64,000 nt of DNA. Source: an uncultured candidatus Porisulfidus sp. (GTDB lineage: Bacteria > Pseudomonadota > Gammaproteobacteria > Poriferisulfidales > Poriferisulfidaceae). Position 1 is the stretch's first letter, and the number at the start of each line of letters is the position of its first letter. A program made the translations under genes and the position numbers. Below the pieces are notes generated by a model that ran no database searches, was not told the DNA's origin, and saw only the letters and a list, made by a program, of their open reading frames with translations. This document shows, piece after piece, positions 48,327-59,292 of this stretch. The stretch lies in assembly GCA_965116025.1 (NCBI GenBank), contig OZ220480.1, forward strand, positions 576,001-640,000, given 5' to 3'.

Positions 48327-48461
48327 GGTTCCGCTCCTGACTCCTCCCCGGGATCGTCGCGACCATCTTATCTCCCTCAGTATCCCGCTCCGGCAGACCA
48401 CCCATCCAACGCGGCGAAAAAGCGCGCTGAGACCACCCCCCGAAACCGCGGGGGGGCAGAG

Positions 48462-51400
48462 TCAGAGATCCACGCTCAAGCCCAAAAACATGTAGCGGCC
48501 CAGCGCGTCGTAGACACCGGGAAAAACGTTTCCGTTACCGAGACGGGATGGCCCTGCCGGGTTGCCCGCGATGGGCGGCGACTTGTCCAGCAGATTACTG
48601 GCGCCGAAACGGATTTTCACGTCTCTCGCGACCTGCCAAGCGACGACCAAGTCAAGATAGTTCCTCTCTTGGAGATCGACAAGATTCTCGTCGTCTCCGT
48701 CGACGCGGTTGATGTGGCGCCACAGGAGGCTCGTGGTGATATCCCATGGGGAATCCCAGGTGACGCGAAGGCGATTCCGCACGTCTGGCACCGGGGGACC
48801 GCAGGTCCAGTTTCCGGCGCAACGCTTCGTCGGCGCGCCCTCAAGCTCTCTTAGATCCCAGGAATCGATATAGGACAAGACGTTGTTGAACGACAGCGTC
48901 CCCCATGTCCCGACCCCCAGGGCATAGTCGAGCGCGACGTCGAGGCCTTCCACCTCTTCGCCGGGCAGGTTGTCTCGTAGCGAAATCACATGTCCGCTGC
49001 TATCGAGCCTGGAACCGACCCACAGGTCGCCGCCGCGGCCGCGGCGGACCCTCGCGCACAGAGGCTGGTTTCCCGCGAGGCATTGCCGGAGGACCTCCTC
49101 TGGATCCGGCGCGCGGACACCTCCCTCGATCTGGATTTTGTAGTAATCCATCGTCAGGGACAGCCCGGCGATGGACTCGGGCGTGAGCGCGAGGCCGATC
49201 GACCAGGTTTTAGCGACCTCCGGGGACAGATCGGGGTTGCCCCCCTGCAGGGTGTTGTACTGGGCCGCCGGCGAATGCTCGATCTTGCCCCATTGGTCCC
49301 GGGTCACGCCTGACCGCGCGCACTGCTCGAAAGTATAGCCTTGCGCGGTCTTGCCGTCGGCGACCGCTCCCGCGCATGGATCCCGGCTCATCTCGAACAG
49401 ACCGAATCCTCGCGGCAAGAACAGCTCCTGCACGTTGGGCCCCCGAGCCGCCCGCTGATAGCTGCCGCGCAGCCGAAGGTCCTGGTTGACTTTCCAACCC
49501 AGCCGAAAAGCGTAAGTGTGGGTGGTTTCGTCGTAGTCGTAGTCGGAATAACGGTAGGCCGCGTCCAGTAGAAGCTCCTCCATGCGCTTCTCGCCCTCGA
49601 CCAAAGGAACGCTGGCCTCCACGAAGAGCTCAGCGACGTCATAACCGCCGCTGATCGCGTGAGTCGCGCCTCCCTGACCCGCCCCGTCGCCGGAACGAAA
49701 TCCCTCGTCGGGATCGAGTCTCAGGGTTTCCTCGCGGTATTCGGCGCCCAACGCGACGCTGACGGGGTTGTCGGCGAGCGGAGAGCGAACGTCCCGCGAG
49801 CCCAGATCGCCGGAAATGAAGGCGGACGCCACGGTTTGCCCGGTCTCGCCGCGAATTCGCAACGCTTTCGCCAAATAGTCGACCATCTCCCGGGTGACCG
49901 CTCCGGTCCGGAAGATATTCCACGGAACGCAGTCCGGATCCTCCACCACGCCCCGGTCGTCCGGCAACGCGGCCCGGCATACGATTTCGCTGTCGGGGTC
50001 GTCTGGATTGGACCGCACGGCGTCCAAGGCGCGCCGAATCCGGGTGATGGAGAGGTCGTTCCTGTACGCGCTACGCATTTCCACCTTCGCGTGCTGCGCG
50101 AACGCGTCGAAACGCCAAAAGTCACCGATGTCGCCGCGCAGGCCTAGCACGCCCCGGTAGCTGGCGTGACGCAGTTCTTGCCGGCGGGCTCCGCCCTCGA
50201 TGTTACGACGGCCGATATTGGCGATCTGCGCGTCTTCTCGCGTCAACCCCCGCGACCCGCAGAGCGCCTCGAACTGCTGGTCCGAAAGGAACGCGTTGCC
50301 GCAATTCAGCTGATCGGTATGAAAGAAGTTTCCGGACGGAGCGATCTGGGCGGTGGAGCGATCATTCATGTACATGAGCTCGGCGTAGGCCTCCGCTCGC
50401 TCCCCGACCTCATGGTGGCCGAAGGCTCCGAGAGCGTAGCGCTCGTCGGGCCGCTGGAAGTAGTTGGCCGGACCGTAGTTGTAGGTCTCGCCCTGACGGT
50501 CCACGAACCGGTCGCCCTCAACGATGAAGTCGAAGGGGCTGGCCGTGGCGGCGAAGTCGGTGAATCTTCCTTGCGGGATCGTGGAAGAGCCCAGACAGGC
50601 GCTCAGGTCGTCGTTGAGCGCGCAAGAGCTGTAGTCTCGATCACCCTGAAGAACCGCGTTGATTTCCCGGTAGGTGGCATAGGCCGTCACATTGCCTCGA
50701 CCTCCGGGAGTCTCGAATCCGCCAATCAGGGAGAACTCGGAAATCCCTCCGTCGGTCGCGTGACCGCGGGCGACCGGGTAGCCCGCGTCCGAGACGATTC
50801 TCCGCCACCGTCGATCATCATTGTCGTGGTCGTATTGCCCGTATTGGACATCGAGGAGCACGCCCTCGAAATCGTCTCTCAGATGAAAGTTGATGACTCC
50901 AGCCACGGCGTCGGAGCCGTACGTGGCGGACGCTCCTCCAGTCAGGATATCCACCCGCTCGACCAGCGCGCCGGGGATTTGGTTGATGTCCGGCGCGACG
51001 CCACCCAGCAACGGTGAGCCCGCGGGCAGGCGCCGACCGTTGACCAGCACCAGCGTGCGCTCGGCGCCGAGGTCGCGCAGGCTCACGGTCGCGGTACCGG
51101 TGGCGCTGTTCGACTGGCCCGCGCTCTGGCCCGCGTACACCTGCGGATACGAGCGCAGCATGTCCTCGATTCGGGTCGCGCCCTGAAACTGAATCTCCTC
51201 CGAATCGATCCGGGTGATCGGGCTGGACCCGGCCAGCTCGTCCCTTTGGATGCGGGATCCGGTGACCGTGATCTCCTCCACGCTTCCGGTACCCTCTCCC
51301 GCCCGCGCGTCAGCCACCGCCACCGCGACGAAGCCCAACGCCGCGCCCGCGAGGAGCGAGCGAAGCCGGAGCTTCCGAGCCCATGCCGGGTCGCGTCGGG

Positions 51401-51476
51401 CGCCGTCATCCGACGCGATGTCGCTGGCTGGTGGATTTCTTCGCATACGAGGTCGCCCCCGCGTAGATTGCCGCAT
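48462..51476 (-). CDS. TonB-dependent receptor
   Basis: Signal peptide, EEITVTGSRI TonB box, RTLVLVNGRR, GGASATYGSDAVAGVINF, C-terminal YDALGRY..LG. Confidence 0.93.
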   Translation of the reverse strand: MRQSTRGRPRMRRNPPASDIASDDGARRDPAWARKLRLRSLLAGAALGFVAVAVADARAGEGTGSVEEITVTGSRIQRDELAGSSPITRIDSEEIQFQGATRIEDMLRSYPQVYAGQSAGQSNSATGTATVSLRDLGAERTLVLVNGRRLPAGSPLLGGVAPDINQIPGALVERVDILTGGASATYGSDAVAGVINFHLRDDFEGVLLDVQYGQYDHDNDDRRWRRIVSDAGYPVARGHATDGGISEFSLIGGFETPGGRGNVTAYATYREINAVLQGDRDYSSCALNDDLSACLGSSTIPQGRFTDFAATASPFDFIVEGDRFVDRQGETYNYGPANYFQRPDERYALGAFGHHEVGERAEAYAELMYMNDRSTAQIAPSGNFFHTDQLNCGNAFLSDQQFEALCGSRGLTREDAQIANIGRRNIEGGARRQELRHASYRGVLGLRGDIGDFWRFDAFAQHAKVEMRSAYRNDLSITRIRRALDAVRSNPDDPDSEIVCRAALPDDRGVVEDPDCVPWNIFRTGAVTREMVDYLAKALRIRGETGQTVASAFISGDLGSRDVRSPLADNPVSVALGAEYREETLRLDPDEGFRSGDGAGQGGATHAISGGYDVAELFVEASVPLVEGEKRMEELLLDAAYRYSDYDYDETTHTYAFRLGWKVNQDLRLRGSYQRAARGPNVQELFLPRGFGLFEMSRDPCAGAVADGKTAQGYTFEQCARSGVTRDQWGKIEHSPAAQYNTLQGGNPDLSPEVAKTWSIGLALTPESIAGLSLTMDYYKIQIEGGVRAPDPEEVLRQCLAGNQPLCARVRRGRGGDLWVGSRLDSSGHVISLRDNLPGEEVEGLDVALDYALGVGTWGTLSFNNVLSYIDSWDLRELEGAPTKRCAGNWTCGPPVPDVRNRLRVTWDSPWDITTSLLWRHINRVDGDDENLVDLQERNYLDLVVAWQVARDVKIRFGASNLLDKSPPIAGNPAGPSRLGNGNVFPGVYDALGRYMFLGLSVDL

Positions 51477-51695
51477 GTCACGGAATTCGCCAAACCAGCC
51501 AACGCTCCCAGCCCTCCGCGCACGCTCGAAACTCGCGGACTCGCGGGAGCGCGGCCGGAAGCGACTCCCGCTATTAGCGGAGTCGAGAGCGGTCCGTTTC
51601 GCGTGGACGAGGCGAGACGCTTCGGGCCAAAACTGGGTGGCGCGGACTGAAAAACGTGATAGACTAGAATGGACTAGTTGATGTGGAGATTCCCC

Positions 51696-51983
51696 ATGAA
51701 AGACCGAGCTCTTGGGTTGTCCGAGAAGATCTGGCCGGTCGCCGAGGCCAAGGCGCGTTTGTCGGAGATTTTGAGACAAGCCGAAAAAGAGGGACCGCAG
51801 CAGATCGGGTTGCAGCGAACCTTCGTGGTCACGCCGAAGGAGGAGTGGAGCCCCGCGAGGCTCCCGCCCATGCCTCTTGGCGAGAGCATCATGGAATTGA
51901 TGCCGCGCGGAACGGACCTGAAAATCCCGAAGAGAGAAGGAGGACGCCGTCCCGTCCCGTTCCTCGACTACGACGTGGAATGA
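51696..51983 (+). CDS. Phd/YefM-family antitoxin
   Basis: WPVAEAKARLSEIL..A..EGPQ.I. Confidence 0.85.
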   Translation: MKDRALGLSEKIWPVAEAKARLSEILRQAEKEGPQQIGLQRTFVVTPKEEWSPARLPPMPLGESIMELMPRGTDLKIPKREGGRRPVPFLDYDVE

Positions 51984-51984
51984 C

Positions 51985-52404
51985 ATGGCCGGCTTTCTGC
52001 TCGACACTTGCGTGTTCTCCGAGTTCACGAAACGGGACCCCGCGCCGTCGGTCGTCTCGTTTCTCACGGATCCTGGGAAATTCTGGATCTCTTCCGTCGC
52101 GCGCTACGAGCTGGGGCTCGGCGTCAACCTTCTCCCGCAAAGCGACCGGCGAGACGCGCTGAAGATCCAGATCAGCTTTCTTATGGACCTGTTCGAAAAC
52201 CGCGCCCTTCCGGTTGGCAACAAGGAAATGGACGCGGCCGCCTTTCTCATGGCCAAGGCGAAAGACTCCGCCCAGGCTCCAGAATTCGTCGACGCCTTGA
52301 TCGCGGGAACCGCCATGGCGAACGGCCTCGTCTTGGTTACCCGGAAAGTAAAAGACTTCGAGGCGTTGGAAATCGATCTCGCCAACCCTTGGGAGGAGCG
52401 ATGA
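51985..52404 (+). CDS. vapC: VapC PIN-domain toxin
   Basis: FLLDTCVFSE, YEL..G, DALIAGTAMANGLVLVTR.VKDF. Confidence 0.9.
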   Translation: MAGFLLDTCVFSEFTKRDPAPSVVSFLTDPGKFWISSVARYELGLGVNLLPQSDRRDALKIQISFLMDLFENRALPVGNKEMDAAAFLMAKAKDSAQAPEFVDALIAGTAMANGLVLVTRKVKDFEALEIDLANPWEER

Positions 52405-52645
52405 GCAGGCCGCGAACGCAGCGATTAATCGACTCCTCCCGCGCCATCTCCTCCCATGGGTGGAATGGCCAGTCCGCCTTCAAGCGAAAGAGTTCCAGCG
52501 AGTCCATGGGCGAATTCGAGGAACGTCCCCAGGCGTCCACCAACAACGCCCCCAAATCGTCACGCGGGAATCGGGAGAGCGATTTTTCACGATCCTCGGC
52601 AAACCCGTCGGGAGATTCCGATACCATCACGAGAGGCCCCACGAG

Positions 52646-53278
52646 ATGACTGACTTCATTCTTTATTTTTCCTTGGCTACCAGTTCGGCCGCTATCGTGG
52701 CCATCCTGCTCGTGATTTTCAAGGGTGGCCGGTGGGTCGGCAGGATAGAGGGAGACATCAAGAAGATTTTCGGCATACTTGAGGGAATCGACCGAAGATT
52801 TCGGGGAGTCGACAAAAGGCTTGATGGCATTGATGCCAAGATTGATGAGCGCGACAGAAGATTTACCGAGTTTTCCAGAAGAACCGAAGGAGACATCAAA
52901 GAGCTCCGGCAGGATGTCAAGGTCATGATGACCCGGGTTCTCGCCCTGCCTGTCGGGAAAAACAGCCCGTTGCACCTTACGGACATTGGCGAACGGATGT
53001 CCAAGGACATCTCCGGGCGCGCGTGGGCCACCGATGTGGCCCACGCCCTGCGCCATAAGATCGAAGGAAAAGAGCCCTATGAAATTCATGAATTCAGCTT
53101 TCAATACGTCAAGAAGGAGCTTGAGCCAGACCCCGATCTCGCGTCGAAAATTGGTAGGTGCGCTTATGAGACCGGATACAGCCGAGACGATGTGCTGGAC
53201 GTCATGGCGATCGAGCTGCGGGACGCGCTGATGCGACTGGCCGGCCTATCGACAGCAACGGCGCCTCCCTCTTCATAA
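52646..53278 (+). CDS. Membrane-anchored coiled-coil hypothetical protein
   Basis: N-terminal TM, heptads IDRRF.GVDKRLDGIDAKID, then SPLHLTDIGERMS. Confidence 0.7.
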   Translation: MTDFILYFSLATSSAAIVAILLVIFKGGRWVGRIEGDIKKIFGILEGIDRRFRGVDKRLDGIDAKIDERDRRFTEFSRRTEGDIKELRQDVKVMMTRVLALPVGKNSPLHLTDIGERMSKDISGRAWATDVAHALRHKIEGKEPYEIHEFSFQYVKKELEPDPDLASKIGRCAYETGYSRDDVLDVMAIELRDALMRLAGLSTATAPPSS

Positions 53279-54314
53279 CGGCCGTTTCTGACCGGAGCGC
53301 GACTTTCGCCAGCCTCGCGGCGGCGCCTGGCGCGCACACGATCCCGTAGCGATAGTGTCCCGTATTGAGGAACAGCCCCCGAATCCTCTCATGCGCTCCG
53401 ACTCGCGGCCCGGAAGCGTCTCCCGCCGGGCGCAATCCCGCCCTATGCTCGTCCGGCTCGGCCGCCAGCAGATCCGGACACCAGTGCCGCGCGAAATCCG
53501 TTAGCTCCGCTCGCGCGCGCTCAGTGACGCTCGCGTCGAAACCCGCGTCCTCGTCGGTCGCGCCCGCCAGCGTCTCGCCATTCGCGCGCGCCACCAGATA
53601 GCGGTGGCCGTCGAGAATGATCGGCAAATCCCCCGCGTCCACTGATCGCCAAGAGACGATCTGTCCACGGCGCGGGCGAACTGGGGATTTCGTCCCGGCC
53701 TCGCTTTCCAGTTCCGCGCTCCAGGCTCCCGCCGCGATCACCACCCGCTGCGCTCGCCATTCCTTCTCTTCTCCGCCAACTCCGAGCGCGAGCGTCCGGT
53801 CTCCGTCTAGAAGCACCCTTAAGACCCGGGCGTTTTCCCAGCGCGCGCCAGCGCCATCCAGGTCACGGCGCAACGTCGCCATGAACCGACGCGGATCGAC
53901 TTGGCCCACTTCCGGCAGCAGAGCCACGTCGCGATCGGGGGGCGCCAGTTGCGGATAGCGCCGCCGGCACTCGTCCGGCGTCATGATCTCGCTGGTCAGC
54001 CCTTGGGATTCCGCCCAACTGGCGGCCCGCCGGGCCTCCATGCCGACGACTAGAAGACCGCGCCGCTCGAAGCCCGTCTCCGCCTCGACGCCAGCGCACA
54101 ATTCCGGGTAGGCCACGTGCCCGTGGCGCGCCAGGCTCGCCCAGATCCCATCGCCGGTCGGATCGAAGATCGAGAACAGGATCCCGGCCGCGGCCGGCGT
54201 GGCGGCGCCTGGACGCTCGATGTCCAGTATCACCGTCTCCATGCCACTTCGCGCGAGCGCCCGCGCCGTGAGCGCGCCAACGATCCCCCCGCCCACCACC
54301 ACGCAGGCGACCAT
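53202..54314 (-). CDS. Glycine oxidase ThiO-like FAD oxidoreductase
   Basis: VVGGGIVG, ATPAAAGIL, IAAGAWS, PRRGQ, AGLRP, TGHYRYGI..AP. Confidence 0.85.
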   Translation of the reverse strand: MVACVVVGGGIVGALTARALARSGMETVILDIERPGAATPAAAGILFSIFDPTGDGIWASLARHGHVAYPELCAGVEAETGFERRGLLVVGMEARRAASWAESQGLTSEIMTPDECRRRYPQLAPPDRDVALLPEVGQVDPRRFMATLRRDLDGAGARWENARVLRVLLDGDRTLALGVGGEEKEWRAQRVVIAAGAWSAELESEAGTKSPVRPRRGQIVSWRSVDAGDLPIILDGHRYLVARANGETLAGATDEDAGFDASVTERARAELTDFARHWCPDLLAAEPDEHRAGLRPAGDASGPRVGAHERIRGLFLNTGHYRYGIVCAPGAAARLAKVALRSETAVMKREAPLLSIGRPVASARPAARSP

Positions 54315-54320
54315 GCCAGA

Positions 54321-54929
54321 TCAGTCCGTGGCGCGCTCGGCCTTCAGGATCAGCACCTGCTTCTTGGGAACGTCGCTGTGGGGCCCGTGCTGGCCGGTCG
54401 TCACCCCACTGATCGCGTCCACCACCTCGATCCCCTCGACCACCCGCCCGAACACGGCGTAACCCCAGCCTCGCTGGCTCTTCTCCTGATGGTCGAGAAA
54501 GTCGTTGTCCACCGAATTTATGAAAAATTGCGCGGTGGCCGAATGCGGATCGCCGGTCCGCGCCATGGCGATGGTTCCACGCTCATTTCTCAGGCCGTTG
54601 TCGGCCTCGTTCTCGATCGGCGGCAACGTCGGCTTCTGCTCGAAGTCACGGTCAAAGCCACCGCCCTGGATCATGAATCCCTTGATCACGCGATGGAAGA
54701 TCGTTCCGTCGTAGAAGCCATCGTCAACGTACTTCAGAAAATTCTCCGTGGTCCTAGGGGCGTTTTTAGCATCCAGCTGGATCACGAGGGTCCCGGACGT
54801 GGTCTCCATCCGGACTTTAGGGGCCAAGTCGTTCGCGGCCATCAGCAAATCTCCAGAAAACAACGACACGGCCATCGCCGCGACCCACCGCGACATTCCT
54901 TTTTTTGGCAAGAGCATTGACGTTTCCAT
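54321..54929 (-). CDS. Cyclophilin-type peptidyl-prolyl isomerase
   Basis: [44 protein letters not shown]. Confidence 0.95.
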   Translation of the reverse strand: METSMLLPKKGMSRWVAAMAVSLFSGDLLMAANDLAPKVRMETTSGTLVIQLDAKNAPRTTENFLKYVDDGFYDGTIFHRVIKGFMIQGGGFDRDFEQKPTLPPIENEADNGLRNERGTIAMARTGDPHSATAQFFINSVDNDFLDHQEKSQRGWGYAVFGRVVEGIEVVDAISGVTTGQHGPHSDVPKKQVLILKAERATD

Positions 54930-54991
54930 TCAGTTTTTGGCGCGGCTATTATCCACCACCGCCAGAATACGCCGTCAGCGGGGAAAGGCGG

Positions 54992-55067
54992 TGGTGCCGG
55001 CGAGAGGAATCGAACCCCCGACCTACTGATTACGAAACAGTTGCTCTACCGACTGAGCTACACCGGC
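54992..55067 (-). tRNA. tRNA-Thr(CGT)
   Basis: GCCGGTGTAGCTCAGTCGGTAGAGCAACTGT-TTCGTAA-TCAGTAGGTCGGGGGTTCGATTCCTCTCGCCGGCACCA. Confidence 0.96.
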
Positions 55068-55385
55068 ACAGCGGCGCCATTTTAATCCTCTTCTCTCGGG
55101 ATCCCCATCTTCTCGCAATTCATCTATCTCCCTCTCGAGGAGCTCGGGGTGGTCCGTACCATGCGGAAATCCCTCCATGGCGTCGCAAAGGTCATACAAT
55201 TCGTGCAGATCGCCCTCCTCAAGGGGCAAGCCACCGGCGACCTCCTTGAATTCCCGCACGACATCCTCAAGGTGCTGTCGGTCCTCGTGCCGCATCTCGG
55301 AAATCGTCGCCAAGTCCAAGGCGGCATCCTCGATATCCTCCAGCAGCTTTATCGCTCTCTTGGAACTCATTTCGTTCTCCGGCAT
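55023..55385 (-). CDS. Acidic hypothetical protein whose 3' end overlaps tRNA-Thr
   Basis: 120 aa helical, acidic ORF that reads like a real protein. Confidence 0.5.
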   Translation of the reverse strand: MPENEMSSKRAIKLLEDIEDAALDLATISEMRHEDRQHLEDVVREFKEVAGGLPLEEGDLHELYDLCDAMEGFPHGTDHPELLEREIDELREDGDPERRGLKWRRCAGVAQSVEQLFRNQ

Positions 55386-55560
55386 AAGGGGGCGCCGCCG
55401 CGCTTAGGCGCTCCACTCTATTAAACCAGATGTCGTCGAAAGCCTGAAATTCCGGCGGAGCGGACGCGAAGCGCCTCCGCAGGTGTTTGCGAAAGCGTTG
55501 GCGTTGGCTATAATGCGCGCTCATCTGAACGCTGGACCGATCCCATATAGGAGAACGACA

Positions 55561-58500
55561 ATGACCAAGAACCTGTCCATTTTCGAGATTCGCGCCGCGC
55601 TTCGCGGGGCTTCGTCGTCTTCCCGCATAGGGGGGGGGGGGGGGGGGGGGGGCATAGCCTCCATTTCCTGACCGTTCTGGCCGGATTCACGGCCATTCTC
55701 GCGGTTCCGCACTCCGCCGTCGCGGTGAACGAGTGCGGCGCTACCAGCCCGGTCACCTGCGGCGACGCGAGTTACACCTCCACTAGCGACTCCCCGATCA
55801 AGTATGAGAATCGGACCGGGGGGCTGACCTTGACCGTGAAGCCTTCCGCGGCGGGCACGGTCACCATCACTTCCACGAAGCTTCCCGCGGATGATACCGA
55901 GGCGTTCCCGGGGATCCACCTGGACGGGGAAGGCACTCTGAAAGTCCTCTTGGATGGCGCCGTGAAAGTCTTGAACGGGGCGACCCGGACGACGGTGGAG
56001 GCCACGTACGACGGAGAGAAGCAACAGTTCATCGACCCGGCTCACAAGCGCGGCTCGCAGAACGACGGGGTGTACGTGGCGTACGACAAGGATGACGACG
56101 CGGGGACGACGAAGGGCATGGTGGAGGTGATGGTGGGGAAGGACGCGATGATCGGGAGCGCGACGGCGCCGGCGGGACGGTACGGGGTTCACGCCACCTT
56201 CATGGACGCGGACGGCGACGCCAACTATCCGGCCGGGAAGATCAAGGTGACGAGCGCGGGGAAGGTTTACGGTCATTTCGCGGGGATTTACGCGAAGCAC
56301 GACGGGGCCGGGGACATTGAGATCGAGACGTCGGAGGGGAGCGTGACGTCGATGGGGATTCGGGCGATCTCGAACAAGGCTGACAAGGCGGATCGGGGCG
56401 GGAATATCGCCATTCGCCATCATGGCGCGATCATGGTCAAGGATCCGGCTCGGTACGCGGAAGAGATCATGACGACGGGCGCGCTGACGACGGCCACGCC
56501 GGTGGAGATGGACAAAGTCAGCTTTGGCGGCCGGCACAGAGCCGGGATCTACGTGGAGCACAGGGACAAGGATGGGGGCACGGACGCGAAGCCCAGCAGC
56601 TCGATCATGGTGGAGTCGAGCGGCGACATCGCCGCCCATCCGATCCACGGCAAGGAAGGCGACAACAGAGCGAGAAGAAACGCCATTTACGTCGATACGC
56701 GGGGGGATCAGAATTCCTCCGTGGTGCCGGTCATGATCGACGTGACGGGGGGCGCCCTGACGGCGGACGACCCGAGCGGAAGAAACGGAGGGTATGGGAT
56801 TTTCGTCTATCACTTTCAGCACAAAGGCGGTTTGATCAAGGTGGACCTCGCCGGCGAGATCGCGCGGACGGGAGACATAAGAGATGGGATCGGAATTTAC
56901 CGGTACTCCAAGGCCGATTTCGACGACTCGGTCAATCGGGACATTGAGGTGACGCTGAGGTCTGGCGCGCGGATCGGAATGGAAGGAGAGGCGCCGACCG
57001 TGGGCCGGGATGGCGTGAACGTTCGCCAGCAAGCGGCCGGGGGGACGATCCGTGTGACCATCTCCGAGGGGGCGCGGATCGGGACCACGGGGACTCCGGT
57101 TGGCCGGTACGGCGTGTCCATTGATACGGTCGAGGCTGATGACGAGACTGACATCATGGTCACCAACGCGGGCTTCATCCACGCGAAGGGCTCGGGAGTG
57201 GCCGCTCTGCATCGCGGCTGGGGCGACGTGATCGTGGAGCATCTGGCGGGAGAGATCGTCGCGGGCGACGGGCCCGATATCTTGGAATCCATCGGATCGG
57301 AGGATCACAAGACGAAGCTGGCGGATCTGAAGTCTCGGACCGCCGGCATCCTCGCCGTTCATGGAGGCTCGGAGCCCAAGCCGCTTCCCGGCAAGAATAT
57401 CAGCAATAACGACCCCTCCACCTACGAGTCCGACATCGGGGAGATCAAGATCACGTCGAAGGCGAACGTCACGTCGAAGGGCGACGGCATTCTCGCCTAC
57501 GTGAGAGACCTGGACGATTCGAGAGCCAGGAGCCCCAAGATGCGAGTCCCGATCATGATCGATGTTTCAGGCGGAACGATCACGGCGGACGGCCACGGCG
57601 TCCACGCGGAGACGGCCACTATCTACCAGGGCACCTACGCGAATACGGAGACCACCTACGACGACGCGACGAAAGCCGGAAAGATCAGCGTCACGGTAGG
57701 GGAGATGGCGACGATCCGGGCCAAGAAGGACGGGGTGCATGTCAAGGGCATGCGGACCTTCGCGGAAGATCACGCTACCCGGGCGGGGCACTACGACCAG
57801 ACGGTCACCATCAACGGCAAGGTGATGGGCGGCGGCGGCGAGCACGCCGGCGTTCGGATGGTGAACGGCGGGACGCTGATGATCGGGCCGAAGGCGGAGA
57901 TCAGCGCGACGTCGGGGATCGCGGTGAGCGCGGACAAGGCGCTGCATGTCACCCTGAAGGAGAATGAGCATGGGCAGATCGCTTTCGTCATGGGGAAATT
58001 CCTGAACAGTGGAAAGGACGCGCCGAACGTCTTCCAGCGGGAGTTGATGGCCGGCGCGAAGAAGACGATAGCCGTGGGGGACGCGGTGAAGGCGACGTCG
58101 GGGAAGACGGGGACGCATGGGGTGTATGACGCGGTGTTCGAGCGTATGGTCACGCTGAAGTCGATCACGGGCGGGCATCAGTTCCAGGTGGACTCCGAGA
58201 AGGAGATCAGCCGGACGTACCACGCCCGGGCTCGGGTGTACGAGGCGCTGCCGTCGGTGCTGCTGGAGATGAGCGCGCCGGGCGGTCGTCAGGCGCGTTT
58301 GTCGGCGACGCGAGACGGCGGGGGCGCTTGGGCGCGGGTGTTGGCGAGCGACGGCGAGCGGGAGGTGGAGACATCCACGACCGAGATGGACGATGCGGGT
58401 CGCGCGCTGTCTTGGGATTTCGAGCGCTGGGGCGTGGAGACGGGCATCGTCGTTCCTACGGACGCGCCGGGGCTGATGCTGGGCGTGAGCGCGCACTACC

Positions 58501-59123
58501 GCGACGGCGAGGCGGACGTCGCGCGGGGCGGGAAGATCGAGGTCTCGGGCGTGGGCGTCGGGGCATCGGCGACTTGGCGGGGGGAGGACGGCTGGTACGC
58601 GGACGGGGAGCTCTCGTACACGCGGTTCGAGGATGTCGACTTGAGCTCGGAGACTCGGGGGATGGTGGCGTCCGGTCTGGACGGAGAGGGTCACGCGATC
58701 GGCGTGGAGGTCGGCAGGCGCATGGAGATGAACGGTCTGGCGGTGATCCCGCGTGGGGGGCTAACCTGGTCGTCGGTGGACATGGACGATTTCGCCGACG
58801 TGTCGGGCGTGGCCGGAAGCGGTCGGGTGGAGTTCAGCTCGGAGGACAGCGCGCGGGCGCGTATCGGGGTACTGTTGGAGAACGGCGAGACGTACGCCTC
58901 ATTGGACGTGGAGCGCGAGCTGTCGGAGAGCCGGGACGTGATGGCTTCGGGGTCGCGCCTGCGCTCGGAGGTGGAGTCCACGTGGGCGCGATTGGGCGTC
59001 GGGGGCGTGATGGTCTTGGATGAGAAGGGAGAGTCGACGCTATCAGGTGACGCTCACTACGCGGCGTCGGACGGCGACAATCATGATTACGGCGCGAGCG
59101 TCCTTCTGAAGGCTCGCTTCTGA
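55561..59123 (+). CDS. Autotransporter (type Va) adhesin, out of frame at a G23 tract
   Basis: AGGAG RBS plus ATG at 55561. The signal peptide HSLHFLTVLAGFTAILAVPHSAVA is in the frame of ORF 55725..59123. Beta-helical passenger, RARVYEALPSVL linker, beta-barrel ending in F. Confidence 0.88.
55630..55652. repeat. G23 homopolymer in the autotransporter leader
   Basis: Counted directly; G21 or G24 would restore the frame. Confidence 0.88.
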
Positions 59124-59292
59124 GCGCGTGGCCCCAACCCTCAAGCTGAGGTCACGTCTTGTATCGGGATAGCCGCGCGGGCTCTCTCTCAAAAAACTCG
59201 CCGCGCGCGGCCAACGCCCCCGATGAAGTCCATGCGTGATTTCCCGTGGGCGGCGGAGCGGCCGCGCGATATCATCCACCGCTCGGTTTCGC

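Noticed and set aside
51477-52067. Long N-terminal extension of the TonB receptor ORF, or an upstream riboswitch
   Set aside because: The extension overlaps the antitoxin/vapC genes on the opposite strand and precedes the true signal peptide. No cobalamin or TPP riboswitch consensus was recognised.
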